From positions 64,001 through 128,000 of the forward strand of contig JBFWMA010000005.1 in assembly GCA_050251875.1 (NCBI GenBank): a stretch of DNA of 64,000 nucleotides, given 5' to 3'. Positions 48,454 through 58,977 of the stretch are shown here, piece after piece. The notes below the pieces were generated by a model. The model was not told the origin of the DNA. It did not search any database and was given only the letters and a program-made list of their open reading frames with translations. Position numbers and translations under genes: made by a program. Within the stretch, counting starts at the first letter, position 1. Each line of letters begins with the position of its first letter. This DNA comes from Deferribacterales bacterium (GTDB taxonomy: Bacteria > Chrysiogenota > Deferribacteres > Deferribacterales > Geovibrionaceae).

Positions 48454-49099
48454 CTTCGCCTTGCTGTTTTTTCAGCCTGTTTATCTCTGCTTCCAGATGG
48501 CACATTCTGGTCGCCATATCAGATATGGTGCGTGCCACGGGGTCGGGCAGAAGGTTGTGGTCGAACCGGGCGGTTTCCCTGCCGTTGGTTACTATCTTTC
48601 CGGGGATGCCCACCACTGTGGCGTTCTCCGGAACTTCTTTTACCACTACCGAGTTAGAGCCTATCTTGGCGTTTCTGCCAACGGTGAAAGGACCGAGCAC
48701 CTTAGCGCCGGATCCGATTACCACGTTGTCCTCTATGGTGGGGTGGCGTTTCTTCTTCTCCAGGCTGACACCGCCCAGAGTCACTCCGTGATATATCGTG
48801 ACATCGTTGCCCACCTCGGCTGTTTCGCCGATCACCACGCCCATGCCGTGGTCTATGAAGAATCTCTTGCCGATGGTGGCGCCGGGGTGAATCTCTATTC
48901 CGGTGAAAAATCTGCCTGCGTGAGAGATGAGTCTGCCTATGAAGTGCATCTTGCGCACCCAGAACCAGTGAGCCAGACGATAGAAAAGGATAGCGTGGAA
49001 TCCGGGATAACAGAAGATAACCTCCAGCCTGCTCTTGGCGGCGGGGTCTCTTTCAAAAACTGTCTGTATCTCGTCTTTTAAAGTTCTGAATACTCCCAT
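48437..49099 (-). CDS. cysE: Serine O-acetyltransferase
   Basis: [32 protein letters not shown]. Confidence 0.98.
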   Translation of the reverse strand: MGVFRTLKDEIQTVFERDPAAKSRLEVIFCYPGFHAILFYRLAHWFWVRKMHFIGRLISHAGRFFTGIEIHPGATIGKRFFIDHGMGVVIGETAEVGNDVTIYHGVTLGGVSLEKKKRHPTIEDNVVIGSGAKVLGPFTVGRNAKIGSNSVVVKEVPENATVVGIPGKIVTNGRETARFDHNLLPDPVARTISDMATRMCHLEAEINRLKKQQGEDEDNN

Positions 49100-49130
49100 A
49101 TCCTAGCTTCCTTGTAGTATTTATAGTTAA

Positions 49131-49156
49131 AATAAAAGCCCTGCAAGCACAGGGCT
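49131..49156 (-). terminator. Terminator after ferredoxin
   Basis: Minus strand AGCCCTG-TGCTTG-CAGGGCT followed by TTTATT. Confidence 0.7.
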
Positions 49157-49185
49157 ATATTAAAAATTCGATTATTGCCTGTTAA

Positions 49186-49425
<240 letters not shown>

Positions 49426-49578
49426 TTAATGCTTTTGAAAGTCATTTTCACAAAAGATATGACATTTTTTTAAGATTTCCAGATATTTGTAGAAATTTAT
49501 TGCTGAAAAGATTTTTTTGCGATATTACAACTTATGCGCTCTTGGAGCGCCTTTCATACATTGATTATTAAGGAGAAT

Positions 49579-49905
49579 ATGATGATAGATAATATTGTTT
49601 TCGCAAAGCTGGTTTCAGGCGAAACCATCATCGGCATCAAAGATCAGGCGGCAGGTGTTGTTAAGGATGTTGTTCTGGTTCAGGCTATGCCCTCTCACAC
49701 CGGTGCTCTTCAGATAGCGATAGTTCCCTTCGGTTTTCCCTTCGAGGACGAGGTCAGAGGAGAGATCAGCCTCAGCCACGTCATCTTCGAATATAAAGAC
49801 TGCCCCGCAGACCTCGCCAACAAATATGTGGAAACCAAATCCAACATCAAAATAGCCGGAAACCTCGGCGGACTTGGCGGTTCCGACAGCGGGCTTATAC
49901 TTTAA
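49579..49905 (+). CDS. Hypothetical protein, possible Sm-like fold
   Basis: AAGGAG RBS; IVFAKLVSGETIIG N terminus, beta-rich core. Confidence 0.7.
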   Translation: MMIDNIVFAKLVSGETIIGIKDQAAGVVKDVVLVQAMPSHTGALQIAIVPFGFPFEDEVRGEISLSHVIFEYKDCPADLANKYVETKSNIKIAGNLGGLGGSDSGLIL

Positions 49906-49913
49906 TTTCTGTC

Positions 49914-50453
49914 ATGAACAGCCGCTGGACTCTCAAAGACAGACGTGAGGTTTTTAAAGATCACGTCTTAAAGATAGAACACAGGGATTTTCACTACAGC
50001 AGGAACGAACAGACAGGCACTTTCACGGTTTTAAGCATGAGAGACTGGGCTGTGGCTGTTCCTGTGACAGCGGAGAATAAGCTGGTGCTGGTGCGCCAGT
50101 TCAGGGTGTCCACATCCGAGGCTACTTACGAGTTTCCCGGCGGCGCTCTGGATTCCGGAGAAGACCCCATGTCCGGAGCCGAGCGGGAGCTGATGGAGGA
50201 GACGGGATACGAGGGCGGAAAACTCAGCCTTCTGTCGAAGATGCGTCCCAATCCGGCGTTCATGGACAACTTCTGTTATGTTTATCTGGCTGAAAACTGC
50301 GTTAAAACAGCCGGTCTTAACCTTGACCCTTTTGAGGATCTGGAGCCTTTCGAGGTCAGCTTTTCGCAGTTTGACGATATGATAAGGAAAGGCGAAATAA
50401 CCCACAGTATCACTCTGGCGGCCTATGGAGCGTATAAAGCTCTGAAGGGCTGA
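49914..50453 (+). CDS. NUDIX hydrolase (ADP-ribose pyrophosphatase-like)
   Basis: EFPGG..DSGE....AERELMEETG Nudix box. Confidence 0.94.
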   Translation: MNSRWTLKDRREVFKDHVLKIEHRDFHYSRNEQTGTFTVLSMRDWAVAVPVTAENKLVLVRQFRVSTSEATYEFPGGALDSGEDPMSGAERELMEETGYEGGKLSLLSKMRPNPAFMDNFCYVYLAENCVKTAGLNLDPFEDLEPFEVSFSQFDDMIRKGEITHSITLAAYGAYKALKG

Positions 50454-50470
50454 TCTTCAGGTATTTTATT

Positions 50471-52225
50471 ATGAAACTTATCGACAGCATATCCAATATG
50501 AGAAATCAGCTGAGAAGCAATGAAGACCTTTACATGATATCCATCGCCGTGGTGGTGGGAGTCGCCACCGGTTACGGAAACATAGTGTTCAGGTTTCTCA
50601 TCGGCTTTTTCCAGAATATCTTTTACGGCAGCAAGAGCGAGTTTCTGCTGGTTACCCTGAAAGAAACCCCCGATTATAAAATCCTTCTGATACCCGCTCT
50701 GGGCGGTTTGTTAGTTGGCTTATCATCTCTGATATTCAAATTCGCGAAGGGACACGGCGTCCCCGATGTTATAAAAGCTATAGCTCTGAACAGGAGCATT
50801 TCGCCGTCCATCGCCCTGGTGAAATCCGTTACCTCGGCTATCACTCTGGGTTCAGGCGGTTCTGCCGGGCGTGAGGGACCTGTCGTTCAGATAGGCGCCG
50901 CCATAGGTTCCGGCGTGGGCAAGGTATTTAAGTTTTCCTCCGAGCGCATGAAAACGGTTGTTGCGTGCGGGGCTGCGGGCGGTCTCGCCGCCACGTTCAA
51001 CGCTCCCATAGGCGGGGCGATGTTCGCCGCCGAGGTTCTGCTGGGCGAGTTCGGGCTGAAGACGTTCAGCCCCATCATCATCTCGTCCGTCATAGCCACT
51101 GTGGTGTCCAGAGCATATTTCGGAGACAACGTAACCTTCGAGGCTCCCATATACGAGCTCAGGAGCATCATGGAGCTTCCGCTCTATGCTGTTCTGGGTA
51201 TCCTTTGCGCTGTTATCGGCGCTGTTTTCATCAAGGTATTTTACAAGGTCGAGATGACCTTTGAGGCGATAAAGCTCCCTTCATGGACTAAACCCGCTCT
51301 GGGCGGTCTGCTGATGGGATGCGTTGCCGTGATGAGCAGAGACGTTATGGGCGTCGGATATGACACCATCAACGCCATCCTGCGCCACGAGGCGGGATTT
51401 TATCTGGCTCTTCTGATAGGGCTTAAGATAGCCGCCACAGCCTTCACGCTGGGTTCCGGCGGATCGGGCGGTCTGTTCGTTCCCTCGCTGTATATCGGCG
51501 CCGCTACAGGCGGTTTTTTCGGATACTGCATGAATCTGCTGTTTCCGGATGTTGCAGCGGGTCCGGGGGCTTATGGTCTGGTGGCTATGAGTGCCATGCT
51601 GGCGGCGACCATCAGAGCGCCTCTGACGGCAATCCTGATTATCTTTGAGATCACCCAGAGCTATACTGTTATTCTGCCGCTGATGTTCACCGCCATCATA
51701 TCGAATATCTTCGCTAAGATGATGGAGCGGGAGTCTATTTTTACATGGATTCTCGTGAAACAGGGTGTGCGCATCCGGAAGGGAAAAGAGGAATCTGTTC
51801 TGGAAAACCTGCTGGTGGGCGATGTGATGACCCGTGACGTTGTCACCTTTAAAGAGGATACGCCGTTCCGTCAGGTGCTGAACGGTATTCAGAACGCCAA
51901 CCATATGTATTTTCCCGTGCTGAATAACGAAGGCTATCTGTCCGGAATGCTGTCGCTGGATGATATAAAGGGTATAATATTTGAGGAAGGACTGGAAGAC
52001 ATTGTCGTTGCCGGAGAGATATGCACCAAAGGCAACATAATATATGTGAAAGAGGACGACTCCCTGCTGAAGGCGACTGAGAATCTGGGGATAAAAGACC
52101 TGGGCGCTCTGCCGGTGGCGGAGGAGACGGAAAAAGGACTGATAGTGAAAGGACTGCTGAGGAGAGGGGATATCATCATAGCTTATAACAGAAGCGTAGC
52201 CAGACTGAAGGTTCAGGATGCCTGA
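50471..52225 (+). CDS. ClC chloride channel/transporter with CBS pair
   Basis: GHGVP, GREGP, FNAP, GGSGGLFVP; C-terminal CBS domains. Confidence 0.95.
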   Translation: MKLIDSISNMRNQLRSNEDLYMISIAVVVGVATGYGNIVFRFLIGFFQNIFYGSKSEFLLVTLKETPDYKILLIPALGGLLVGLSSLIFKFAKGHGVPDVIKAIALNRSISPSIALVKSVTSAITLGSGGSAGREGPVVQIGAAIGSGVGKVFKFSSERMKTVVACGAAGGLAATFNAPIGGAMFAAEVLLGEFGLKTFSPIIISSVIATVVSRAYFGDNVTFEAPIYELRSIMELPLYAVLGILCAVIGAVFIKVFYKVEMTFEAIKLPSWTKPALGGLLMGCVAVMSRDVMGVGYDTINAILRHEAGFYLALLIGLKIAATAFTLGSGGSGGLFVPSLYIGAATGGFFGYCMNLLFPDVAAGPGAYGLVAMSAMLAATIRAPLTAILIIFEITQSYTVILPLMFTAIISNIFAKMMERESIFTWILVKQGVRIRKGKEESVLENLLVGDVMTRDVVTFKEDTPFRQVLNGIQNANHMYFPVLNNEGYLSGMLSLDDIKGIIFEEGLEDIVVAGEICTKGNIIYVKEDDSLLKATENLGIKDLGALPVAEETEKGLIVKGLLRRGDIIIAYNRSVARLKVQDA

Positions 52226-54338
52226 TTATTCTAAAGAGCTGAACGAAGCGCAGTATGACGCCGTGCGAACCACGGAAGGACCTCTGCTGGTTCTCGCCGG
52301 AGCGGGAACAGGCAAGACGAGGGTGATTACCTACCGCATCGCCCACCTGATAAACAACATCGGTGTGCCCGCTCAGAATATTCTGGCGGTGACATTCACC
52401 AACAAGGCGGCGGGCGAGATGAAAGAGCGCATCATGAAGCTGGTGTCACGCTCCGATTCCGATATATGGATAGGCACTTTCCACTCCATCTGTCTGCGTA
52501 TTCTGCGCCGTGACGGTCATCTGGTTGGTCTGGGCGCCGGATTCGGGATTCTGGATCAGGACGACAGGCTGGCAGTGGTGAGGGATATAGTAAAATCGCT
52601 GAACATAGATGTCAAAAAGTATCCGCCAAAACAGTATATGTGGCGCATCAGCAACTTTAAAAGCACCAGAGCCTATGTGGACGAGACAGTGCCGGGAACG
52701 GACGAGTTTCACATGATGGACGAGGTGTTCAGACAATATCAGAAAAAACTGAAAGAACAGAATTTCATAGATTTTGACGACATGCTGGCTCTCACCATCA
52801 GAATGTTCAGACAGAACATCGATGTGACAGAGTATTACAGAAACATGTTTAAATATATTCTGGTGGACGAATATCAGGATACTAACGACATCCAGTTTCT
52901 GTTTCTGAAAATTCTCGCCACGGAGACAGGAAACATCTGTGTGGTGGGTGATGACGACCAGTCGATATACGGCTGGCGTGGAGCTGACATCCGCAACATT
53001 CTGGAGTTCGACACAGTGTATCAGAACACAAAAACCGTGCGTCTGGTGGAGAACTACCGCAGCCGCCCCGTGATACTCCAGACAGCCAACGCACTTATCT
53101 GCAACAACAGGATGAGAAAAGGCAAAAACCTTGTCGCCTGCCGTGAAGAGGGCGGGATGGTTCAGGTGATGCCTGTGGGAAACGAGACTGACGAGGCGGA
53201 GTTTGCCGCCCAGAACATACAGAAATATCTGGACGAGGGAACGTCTCCGGACGAGATAGCGGTTCTCTACCGCACCAACGCCCAGTCCAGAAACTTCGAG
53301 GTGCTGCTTAACCGCATGGCTATCAGGTATAAGGTCGTGGGCGGTATAGGCTTCTATCAGCGCAAAGAGATAAAGGATATCCTCAGCTATCTGCGTCTGC
53401 ACGATAACCCCTATGACGGCGTGTCATTCGCCAGAAGCGTAAAAGCGCCCCCCAGAGGAATAGGCGACACAGCCGTGTCGAATATCACGGAATATGCCTC
53501 CGCGGAAGGACTGAGCCTTATCGAGGCGTCCAGACAGTCCCTGCACTCGCTCAGGGGAGCTCAGAGGAAGGGTATGGAGCCATATCTCTGGATTTTCACC
53601 GAGCTGGGAGCGCAGACGAAGGTCAGCGAGATGGTGAAAACCGTTATATCCATGACAGAATATGAGGATTTTATCAAAAAATATGAAGATGAGCACGAGG
53701 CGGAAAAACGCATCGGCAACATAAACGAGCTTTACAACGCCGCCGTGTCTTTCGAGATGGCTTTCCCGGATGGTTCGATGTCGGACTTTCTGGCGGCGAC
53801 AGCCATTACAACATCGCTGGATGAATCGGACAATACCGCCGCTGTTAAGCTGATGACGATACATTCCGCTAAGGGGCTGGAGTTTGAGCAGGTGTTTCTG
53901 ACCGGGCTCGAAAACGGGCTTTTTCCCCTGCACGGCAGTCTGGACGAACCAGCCGAACTGGAGGAGGAACGCAGACTCTGCTATGTGGCGGTTACCCGTG
54001 CCAAGCAGAACCTGCATATGTCATATGCCTCCACCAGAATGGTATACGGAAACCGCATGCCCCAGAGGCGCTCGCCTTTTCTGGACGAGATGGGCATAGC
54101 CGGGATAAAAGCTCCGGCGAAGCCGAGACCCTACTTGGATGTGAGCCAGAAGCCGAAAAGCACTGTCGCCAGAACCGAAGTGAACGGGATAAAGAGCGGA
54201 AGCAAAGTTTCCCATGATAAATTCGGCGAGGGGATGGTCGTGGCTATATCAGGTTCCGGAGACTCCGCCAACTGTGATGTTTTCTTCAAAGCGGGCGGGC
54301 TGAAAAAAATTCGGGTAGGTTTTCTGAAACTGTTATGA
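52218..54338 (+). CDS. pcrA: UvrD/PcrA DNA helicase
   Basis: LAGAGTGKT, VDEYQD, GDDDQSIYGWRG, TIHSAKGLEF, EERRLCYVAVTRA. Confidence 0.95.
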   Translation: MPDYSKELNEAQYDAVRTTEGPLLVLAGAGTGKTRVITYRIAHLINNIGVPAQNILAVTFTNKAAGEMKERIMKLVSRSDSDIWIGTFHSICLRILRRDGHLVGLGAGFGILDQDDRLAVVRDIVKSLNIDVKKYPPKQYMWRISNFKSTRAYVDETVPGTDEFHMMDEVFRQYQKKLKEQNFIDFDDMLALTIRMFRQNIDVTEYYRNMFKYILVDEYQDTNDIQFLFLKILATETGNICVVGDDDQSIYGWRGADIRNILEFDTVYQNTKTVRLVENYRSRPVILQTANALICNNRMRKGKNLVACREEGGMVQVMPVGNETDEAEFAAQNIQKYLDEGTSPDEIAVLYRTNAQSRNFEVLLNRMAIRYKVVGGIGFYQRKEIKDILSYLRLHDNPYDGVSFARSVKAPPRGIGDTAVSNITEYASAEGLSLIEASRQSLHSLRGAQRKGMEPYLWIFTELGAQTKVSEMVKTVISMTEYEDFIKKYEDEHEAEKRIGNINELYNAAVSFEMAFPDGSMSDFLAATAITTSLDESDNTAAVKLMTIHSAKGLEFEQVFLTGLENGLFPLHGSLDEPAELEEERRLCYVAVTRAKQNLHMSYASTRMVYGNRMPQRRSPFLDEMGIAGIKAPAKPRPYLDVSQKPKSTVARTEVNGIKSGSKVSHDKFGEGMVVAISGSGDSANCDVFFKAGGLKKIRVGFLKLL

Positions 54339-55069
54339 AAAAGATAATTACCCTGCTTATCATATTTGCCTGTTCATGTGCATTCGCCCTGCCGGACGGA
54401 TTCGTCTATCTGCGGGATGTGGACAAGAGCATCGTTCACGATATCAGATACAGAACATACCACAACTTCGTTGGTGTGCCTGTGGACGGATATGAGGCAT
54501 CGGAGTGCATTTTGACCGCTCAGGCGGCGGACGCTCTGAAGAGGGTGCAGGCGGACGCTTTGAAGCTGGGACTCAGCGTGAAGGTGTATGACTGCTACCG
54601 TCCGCAGACGGCTGTGGATCATTTCGCCAGATGGGCGGAGGATTATAAGGACACGAAAACAAAGGCAGAGTTCTATGTGAACGAGCCGAAAGAGACTCTT
54701 TTCAAGCGTGGGTTTATCGCCCACAAATCAGGGCACAGCAGGGGATCGACAGTGGATCTCACTCTGATTCCTCTGAACGGGAAACCGCAGGAAATCTTTA
54801 TTCCCTATGAAAACTTAAGAAACTGCGAAAATCCCGCTGATAAAAGATTCCGGGATGATTCCATAGACATGGGGACAGGTTTCGACTGTTTCAGCGCTCT
54901 GTCCGCCACTCTGAACCCCGCTATAGGGAAAAAACAGATGAAGAACCGTATGATTCTGAAAGACCTGATGGAGAGCCACGGATTCTATAATTATGATAAA
55001 GAATGGTGGCATTACACGCTGAAAAACGAGCCTTTTAAAGACACATACCACAATTTTCCGATAAAATAG
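54335..55069 (+). CDS. VanX-like D-Ala-D-Ala dipeptidase (M15) with signal peptide
   Basis: YDCYRP, SGHSRGSTVD, DMGTGFD, EWWHY. Confidence 0.93.
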   Translation: MKKIITLLIIFACSCAFALPDGFVYLRDVDKSIVHDIRYRTYHNFVGVPVDGYEASECILTAQAADALKRVQADALKLGLSVKVYDCYRPQTAVDHFARWAEDYKDTKTKAEFYVNEPKETLFKRGFIAHKSGHSRGSTVDLTLIPLNGKPQEIFIPYENLRNCENPADKRFRDDSIDMGTGFDCFSALSATLNPAIGKKQMKNRMILKDLMESHGFYNYDKEWWHYTLKNEPFKDTYHNFPIK

Positions 55070-55250
55070 CGATATTCCTAAAATTTTTTTTCATTGTTAA
55101 CAAGTTTTGTAATCTATTTGTAAAAATATGAAATAATTACTTCGTACGTTATTTGAATTTCGCTATTCTCTTGATGAATAACGGTTTTTATTTGACGGCG
55201 TATGTGTTTGGTGCTTAAATTATATATCAATAACCCAAATGGAGGATATC

Positions 55251-55460
55251 ATGAAATTAAGCGCAAGAAACGTTCTTTCAGGAACAGTTAAAGAGATTAA
55301 AGAAGGACCCATAAATGTTGAAGTGGTTATCGAACTTCCCGGCGGCGCCGAAGTTGTTTCCATCATCACAAAAGAATCATGCGCAGGACTGAAACTTGAA
55401 AAAGGCAAAAAAGCCTATGCAATAATGAAGGCATCACAAATAATTGTTGCCGTAGATTAA
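55251..55460 (+). CDS. mop: Molbindin (Mop/TOBE)
   Basis: MKLSARNVLSG...SIIT...AIMKAS. Confidence 0.93.
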   Translation: MKLSARNVLSGTVKEIKEGPINVEVVIELPGGAEVVSIITKESCAGLKLEKGKKAYAIMKASQIIVAVD

Positions 55461-55463
55461 TTT

Positions 55464-55494
55464 AAAAAGGGCACTTAAGGGTGCCCTTTTTTTT
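55464..55494. terminator. Bidirectional terminator
   Basis: AAAAAGGGCAC-TTAAGG-GTGCCCTTTTTTTT. Confidence 0.88.
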
Positions 55495-55512
55495 ATTCAG
55501 TAATCCTGTGGG

Positions 55513-56376
55513 TTATATTTTTTGTACGGACGGGTTGAACGCTTTGGTATAGAGCAGAACCCTGTCGCCCACTGTTATGTTTTCGGCTTCTGACCGGGTG
55601 GCAACCACTGTGGATATCTCTGATTCCACCGCCACTGTCAGAATAAACAGACAGTCTGATTTCTCAATCTTCAGCACCCTTCCGGTGAACTTGAATTTTC
55701 CGCTCACGGTGGTATCGGTAAAGACCTCTTCGGGGGTTCCGTGGTTTGTTATCACGCCGTCATTTATCATGTAGACTTTGTTGGCGAGTTTAAAGACCTC
55801 TCCCTTGTCGTGGCTCACCAGAATAGTGGTGATGCCGAGAGTATTGTGAATCTCTTTCAGCTCGTTCTGCAGTGTGAATCGCATGTCCGCGTCCAGAGCG
55901 GCGAAAGGCTCGTCCAGAAGCAGAATCTCAGGCTCAGCCGCCAGAGCTCTGGCGAGAGCGATCCTCTGTTTCTGTCCGCCTGAAAGCGTGGCGGGCTTAC
56001 GGTCTTTCAGCTCGGTCATGCCCACCATCTCTATCAGCGTATCCACGTTCTTTTTATCAGTGGAGGCGTATTCCAGATTCTGCTTTACTGTCATGTTGGG
56101 AAACAGGGCGTAATCCTGAAATACGAACCCGCACTTTCTCTTGTTCACGGGGACGTTTATGCCGTTCTTTTTGTCGAAGACCACCTTGCCGTCAATTTTG
56201 ATGACGCCGTCATCCGGGTTGGTGAGTCCTGCCAGGAGTCTCAGGATGGTGGTTTTACCCGCTCCTGATTTTCCGAAGAGAGAGCAGAAGCCTCCCTTGT
56301 CTATGTCCACCACGGCGTGCATGTCTACTTCGCCCGTGGCTGTCTTTATCCTTTTGGTTACATCGATCTCTATCAT
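55513..56376 (-). CDS. modC: Molybdate ABC transporter ATPase
   Basis: GKSGAGKT, VFQDYALFP, LSGGQKQR, DEPF; C-terminal TOBE. Confidence 0.92.
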   Translation of the reverse strand: MIEIDVTKRIKTATGEVDMHAVVDIDKGGFCSLFGKSGAGKTTILRLLAGLTNPDDGVIKIDGKVVFDKKNGINVPVNKRKCGFVFQDYALFPNMTVKQNLEYASTDKKNVDTLIEMVGMTELKDRKPATLSGGQKQRIALARALAAEPEILLLDEPFAALDADMRFTLQNELKEIHNTLGITTILVSHDKGEVFKLANKVYMINDGVITNHGTPEEVFTDTTVSGKFKFTGRVLKIEKSDCLFILTVAVESEISTVVATRSEAENITVGDRVLLYTKAFNPSVQKI

Positions 56377-57041
56377 ATCATTTTTCCGCCTATCCTTTTG
56401 TTAACGGTGTTTACAGTCAGAAGCACCGCAAAAGCAAGAACAAATAGCACCGCGGAATAAAAATGCGCCGTACCGTAGTTGAGAGCCTCCACCTGATCGT
56501 AAATGGCTATGGAAGCCACACGGGTCTTGTCCGGTATGCTTCCGCCTATCATCAGCACAACGCCGAATTCGCCGACTGTGTGGGCAAAGCTGAGGACTAT
56601 GCCTGTTATCAGTGACGGTTTGATATTAGGAAGAAGAACACGGAAAAAAGTTTGAAATCTCGATTTTCCCAGAGTATAGGACGCCTCTCTGAGCGACATG
56701 GGCAGCGCCTCGAACCCCGCCTGAACAGGCTGGAGCATGAAAGGCAGGCTGTATATCATAGAGCCCAGAACAAGTCCTTCGAATGTGAAGACCAGGCGTA
56801 TGTCAAATTTTTGCAGGATGCTTCCCAGAGGTCCGTGGGGACCCATGAAAACCAGCAGGTAAAAACCCAGCACAGAAGGCGGCAGAACGATGGGCATGCT
56901 GGTGACTGATTCCAGTATGGATTTGCCACGGAAAGAGACCGTCGACAGCCAGTATGCCATGGGGATAGCAAAAAAAGAAAGCAGCAGTGTTGTCACTGCC
57001 GCTAACTCAAATGTCAATATAAGAGGGGTCAAAAGCTCCAT
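56373..57041 (-). CDS. modB: Molybdate ABC transporter permease
   Basis: PIVLPPSVLGFYLL, FAHTVGEFGVVLMIGG. Confidence 0.96.
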   Translation of the reverse strand: MELLTPLILTFELAAVTTLLLSFFAIPMAYWLSTVSFRGKSILESVTSMPIVLPPSVLGFYLLVFMGPHGPLGSILQKFDIRLVFTFEGLVLGSMIYSLPFMLQPVQAGFEALPMSLREASYTLGKSRFQTFFRVLLPNIKPSLITGIVLSFAHTVGEFGVVLMIGGSIPDKTRVASIAIYDQVEALNYGTAHFYSAVLFVLAFAVLLTVNTVNKRIGGKMI

Positions 57042-57081
57042 TAATCACCTTAATAATATTGTGAAAATACCTGAGTATAAT

Positions 57082-57483
57082 CTAAATTATCTTGCCTATG
57101 GCTATTTCATTCGCCTTCACCAGGGCGGTCACCTCCATCCCAACCTCCAGATTCATCCTTTTGGCTGATTTGGTGGTGATGACAGACTCGATACCTGTAC
57201 CGAAATCTATCTGAACGCTGGTGAAAATTTCCCCTGTATCCATAGATGTTATCTTGCCTTTGAACCTGTTATTCAGACTAAGGGTTCCAAGATCTCCCAC
57301 GGCCAAGATCACCTCGGTGGCTTTGAACAGCATGTTCACATGCCCGCCGGGGGTCAGATAGTCCATATCCGCCGGACTGTCCAGAATAACCGCCGTGGCT
57401 GTCTCACCGTGGGTGTTCAGCTCACAGATGATTATCTGACCGGAGGTATTGTAAAATAGAATCTCAGCCTTGAGTACGTTCAT
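57082..57483 (-). CDS. Tandem TOBE-domain protein
   Basis: FKATEV...SLNNR...SVIT..SA..M.L.VG...ALVKANE. Confidence 0.88.
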   Translation of the reverse strand: MNVLKAEILFYNTSGQIIICELNTHGETATAVILDSPADMDYLTPGGHVNMLFKATEVILAVGDLGTLSLNNRFKGKITSMDTGEIFTSVQIDFGTGIESVITTKSAKRMNLEVGMEVTALVKANEIAIGKII

Positions 57484-58217
57484 TATTTCTCGTATCCGTA
57501 TTTTTTCATGATTTCGGCGCCGTTGCCTTTTGTGATATATGTCATGAATTTAGCGGATTCTGCCTGATCTTTTGAAGTTTTCAGGATAACGCCGCCCTGA
57601 AGGATGGGTGAGTAGAGTTTGGAATCCACTTCAAACCATGAGCCGGGATCTTTTACTTTTCCGCTGGCAAGGTGTGATTTGGCAGCGAAAGCGGCATCAG
57701 CGGCTCCGGTGTGGATGAATGTATCCATGCTGGATATGCTGTCGCCCTGAACTATCTTAGATGCCACAGCGTCATAAACGCCGGCGGCTTTCATAGCTTC
57801 CACAGCGGCTCTGCCGTAGGGAGCTGTGTTGGGGTTAGCGATAGCTACTTTTACGAATTTGGCGTCTTTCAGATCAGCCAGTGATTTTACGTCATATTTA
57901 ACAGACCAGAGAACCAGAAGTCCTTTGGCATACATAACGGGTTCTGTGGATGCGAGACCCGCGTCATATACTTTCTGAGCGAAAGACATGTCGGCGGCAA
58001 GGAAGATATCGAATACCGCACCGTTGAGAATCTGTGATGTCAGTTTTCCGGATGAACCGTAAACGGCTTTCACTTCTGTGCCTGTTTCGGACTGATATGC
58101 TTTACCAACTTCCTGAAGAGCGAACTGAAGATTTGCGGCGGCGGAGATGTTAAGCTCTTTCGCATTGGCGCAAACAGCCAGTATAAGGATCATAGCAAGT
58201 GTAAGAAACTTTTTCAT
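57483..58217 (-). CDS. modA: Molybdate-binding protein
   Basis: SAAAN, YGSSGKL, DIFLAAD, ANPNTAPYGRAA. Confidence 0.96.
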   Translation of the reverse strand: MKKFLTLAMILILAVCANAKELNISAAANLQFALQEVGKAYQSETGTEVKAVYGSSGKLTSQILNGAVFDIFLAADMSFAQKVYDAGLASTEPVMYAKGLLVLWSVKYDVKSLADLKDAKFVKVAIANPNTAPYGRAAVEAMKAAGVYDAVASKIVQGDSISSMDTFIHTGAADAAFAAKSHLASGKVKDPGSWFEVDSKLYSPILQGGVILKTSKDQAESAKFMTYITKGNGAEIMKKYGYEK

Positions 58218-58221
58218 TATA

Positions 58222-58914
58222 TCACCTCATTACTAGTGCAGAAGCAGTTTTAAAGAGCGCGAACGTATGAGTTCCCGGACGCAGTCCCAGCTTTTGCGCG
58301 CTGTTTGCCGTGATGCTTACGGCGAGCTCGGTTCCGTTTTCGGTCTTTAAGATTGCTTCGGTATATTGACCGCTGGAATTAACAGCGGTAATTTCTGTTT
58401 TAAGGATGTTGCGGGCGCTTGTGGAGAAAGCATCGCTGTCCACCAGGATGATGTCTCTGGGGCTGATGAAGACTGTTACCTCTTCACCGGGCATCAGGTC
58501 TTCGTCCAGTTTTATACAGGCGATGGTGTCGCCGTTATTGGTGGTTATCATGGCGTAGGTCTGTTCAACAGAGTCTACTTTTCCCAGAATTTTATTGGAG
58601 TTGACCATGGTGTTCAGATACATCATGTGCAGCCGGCTGAAGTGGTTGTATGTTTTTATAAGGTCTTTGCCTGTTTTGGTCAGGGTGGTTCCTCCGCCTC
58701 CCTTGCCCCCTGTCTGGCGGTCCACCAGAGGAGTGCCAAAAACTGCATTCAGGCTGTTTATGCTGTCCCACGCCGCTTTGTAGCTCATTTTGATACGTTC
58801 GGCGGCTTTTTTGATCGAGCCGGTTTCCTGCACCAGTTCCAACAGCTTGATTCTGCCGTGTCCTGCTATACCCAAACCGTCAATGTCTATCCATAGTTTG
58901 CCATCTATTTTCAT
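58222..58914 (-). CDS. modE: ModE molybdate-responsive regulator
   Basis: GSIKKAA...MSYKAAWD...GGKGGGGT wHTH plus TOBE (TSARN). Confidence 0.94.
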   Translation of the reverse strand: MKIDGKLWIDIDGLGIAGHGRIKLLELVQETGSIKKAAERIKMSYKAAWDSINSLNAVFGTPLVDRQTGGKGGGGTTLTKTGKDLIKTYNHFSRLHMMYLNTMVNSNKILGKVDSVEQTYAMITTNNGDTIACIKLDEDLMPGEEVTVFISPRDIILVDSDAFSTSARNILKTEITAVNSSGQYTEAILKTENGTELAVSITANSAQKLGLRPGTHTFALFKTASALVMR

Positions 58915-58917
58915 AGG

Positions 58918-58941
58918 CGTTATATACTATATAACATAACG
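58918..58941. promoter_or_regulatory. ModE box
   Basis: CGTTATATA-N6-AACATAACG fits consensus CG(T/C)TATATA-N6-TATATAACG; 3 nt from the modE ATG. Confidence 0.85.
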
Positions 58942-58977
58942 GCGCGCAAGCGGAAAATAAAACGTGTCAAAAAATTG

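Noticed and set aside
54335..55069. Vancomycin resistance locus
   Set aside because: Lone VanX-like peptidase with no vanH/vanA/vanRS; more likely cell-wall recycling
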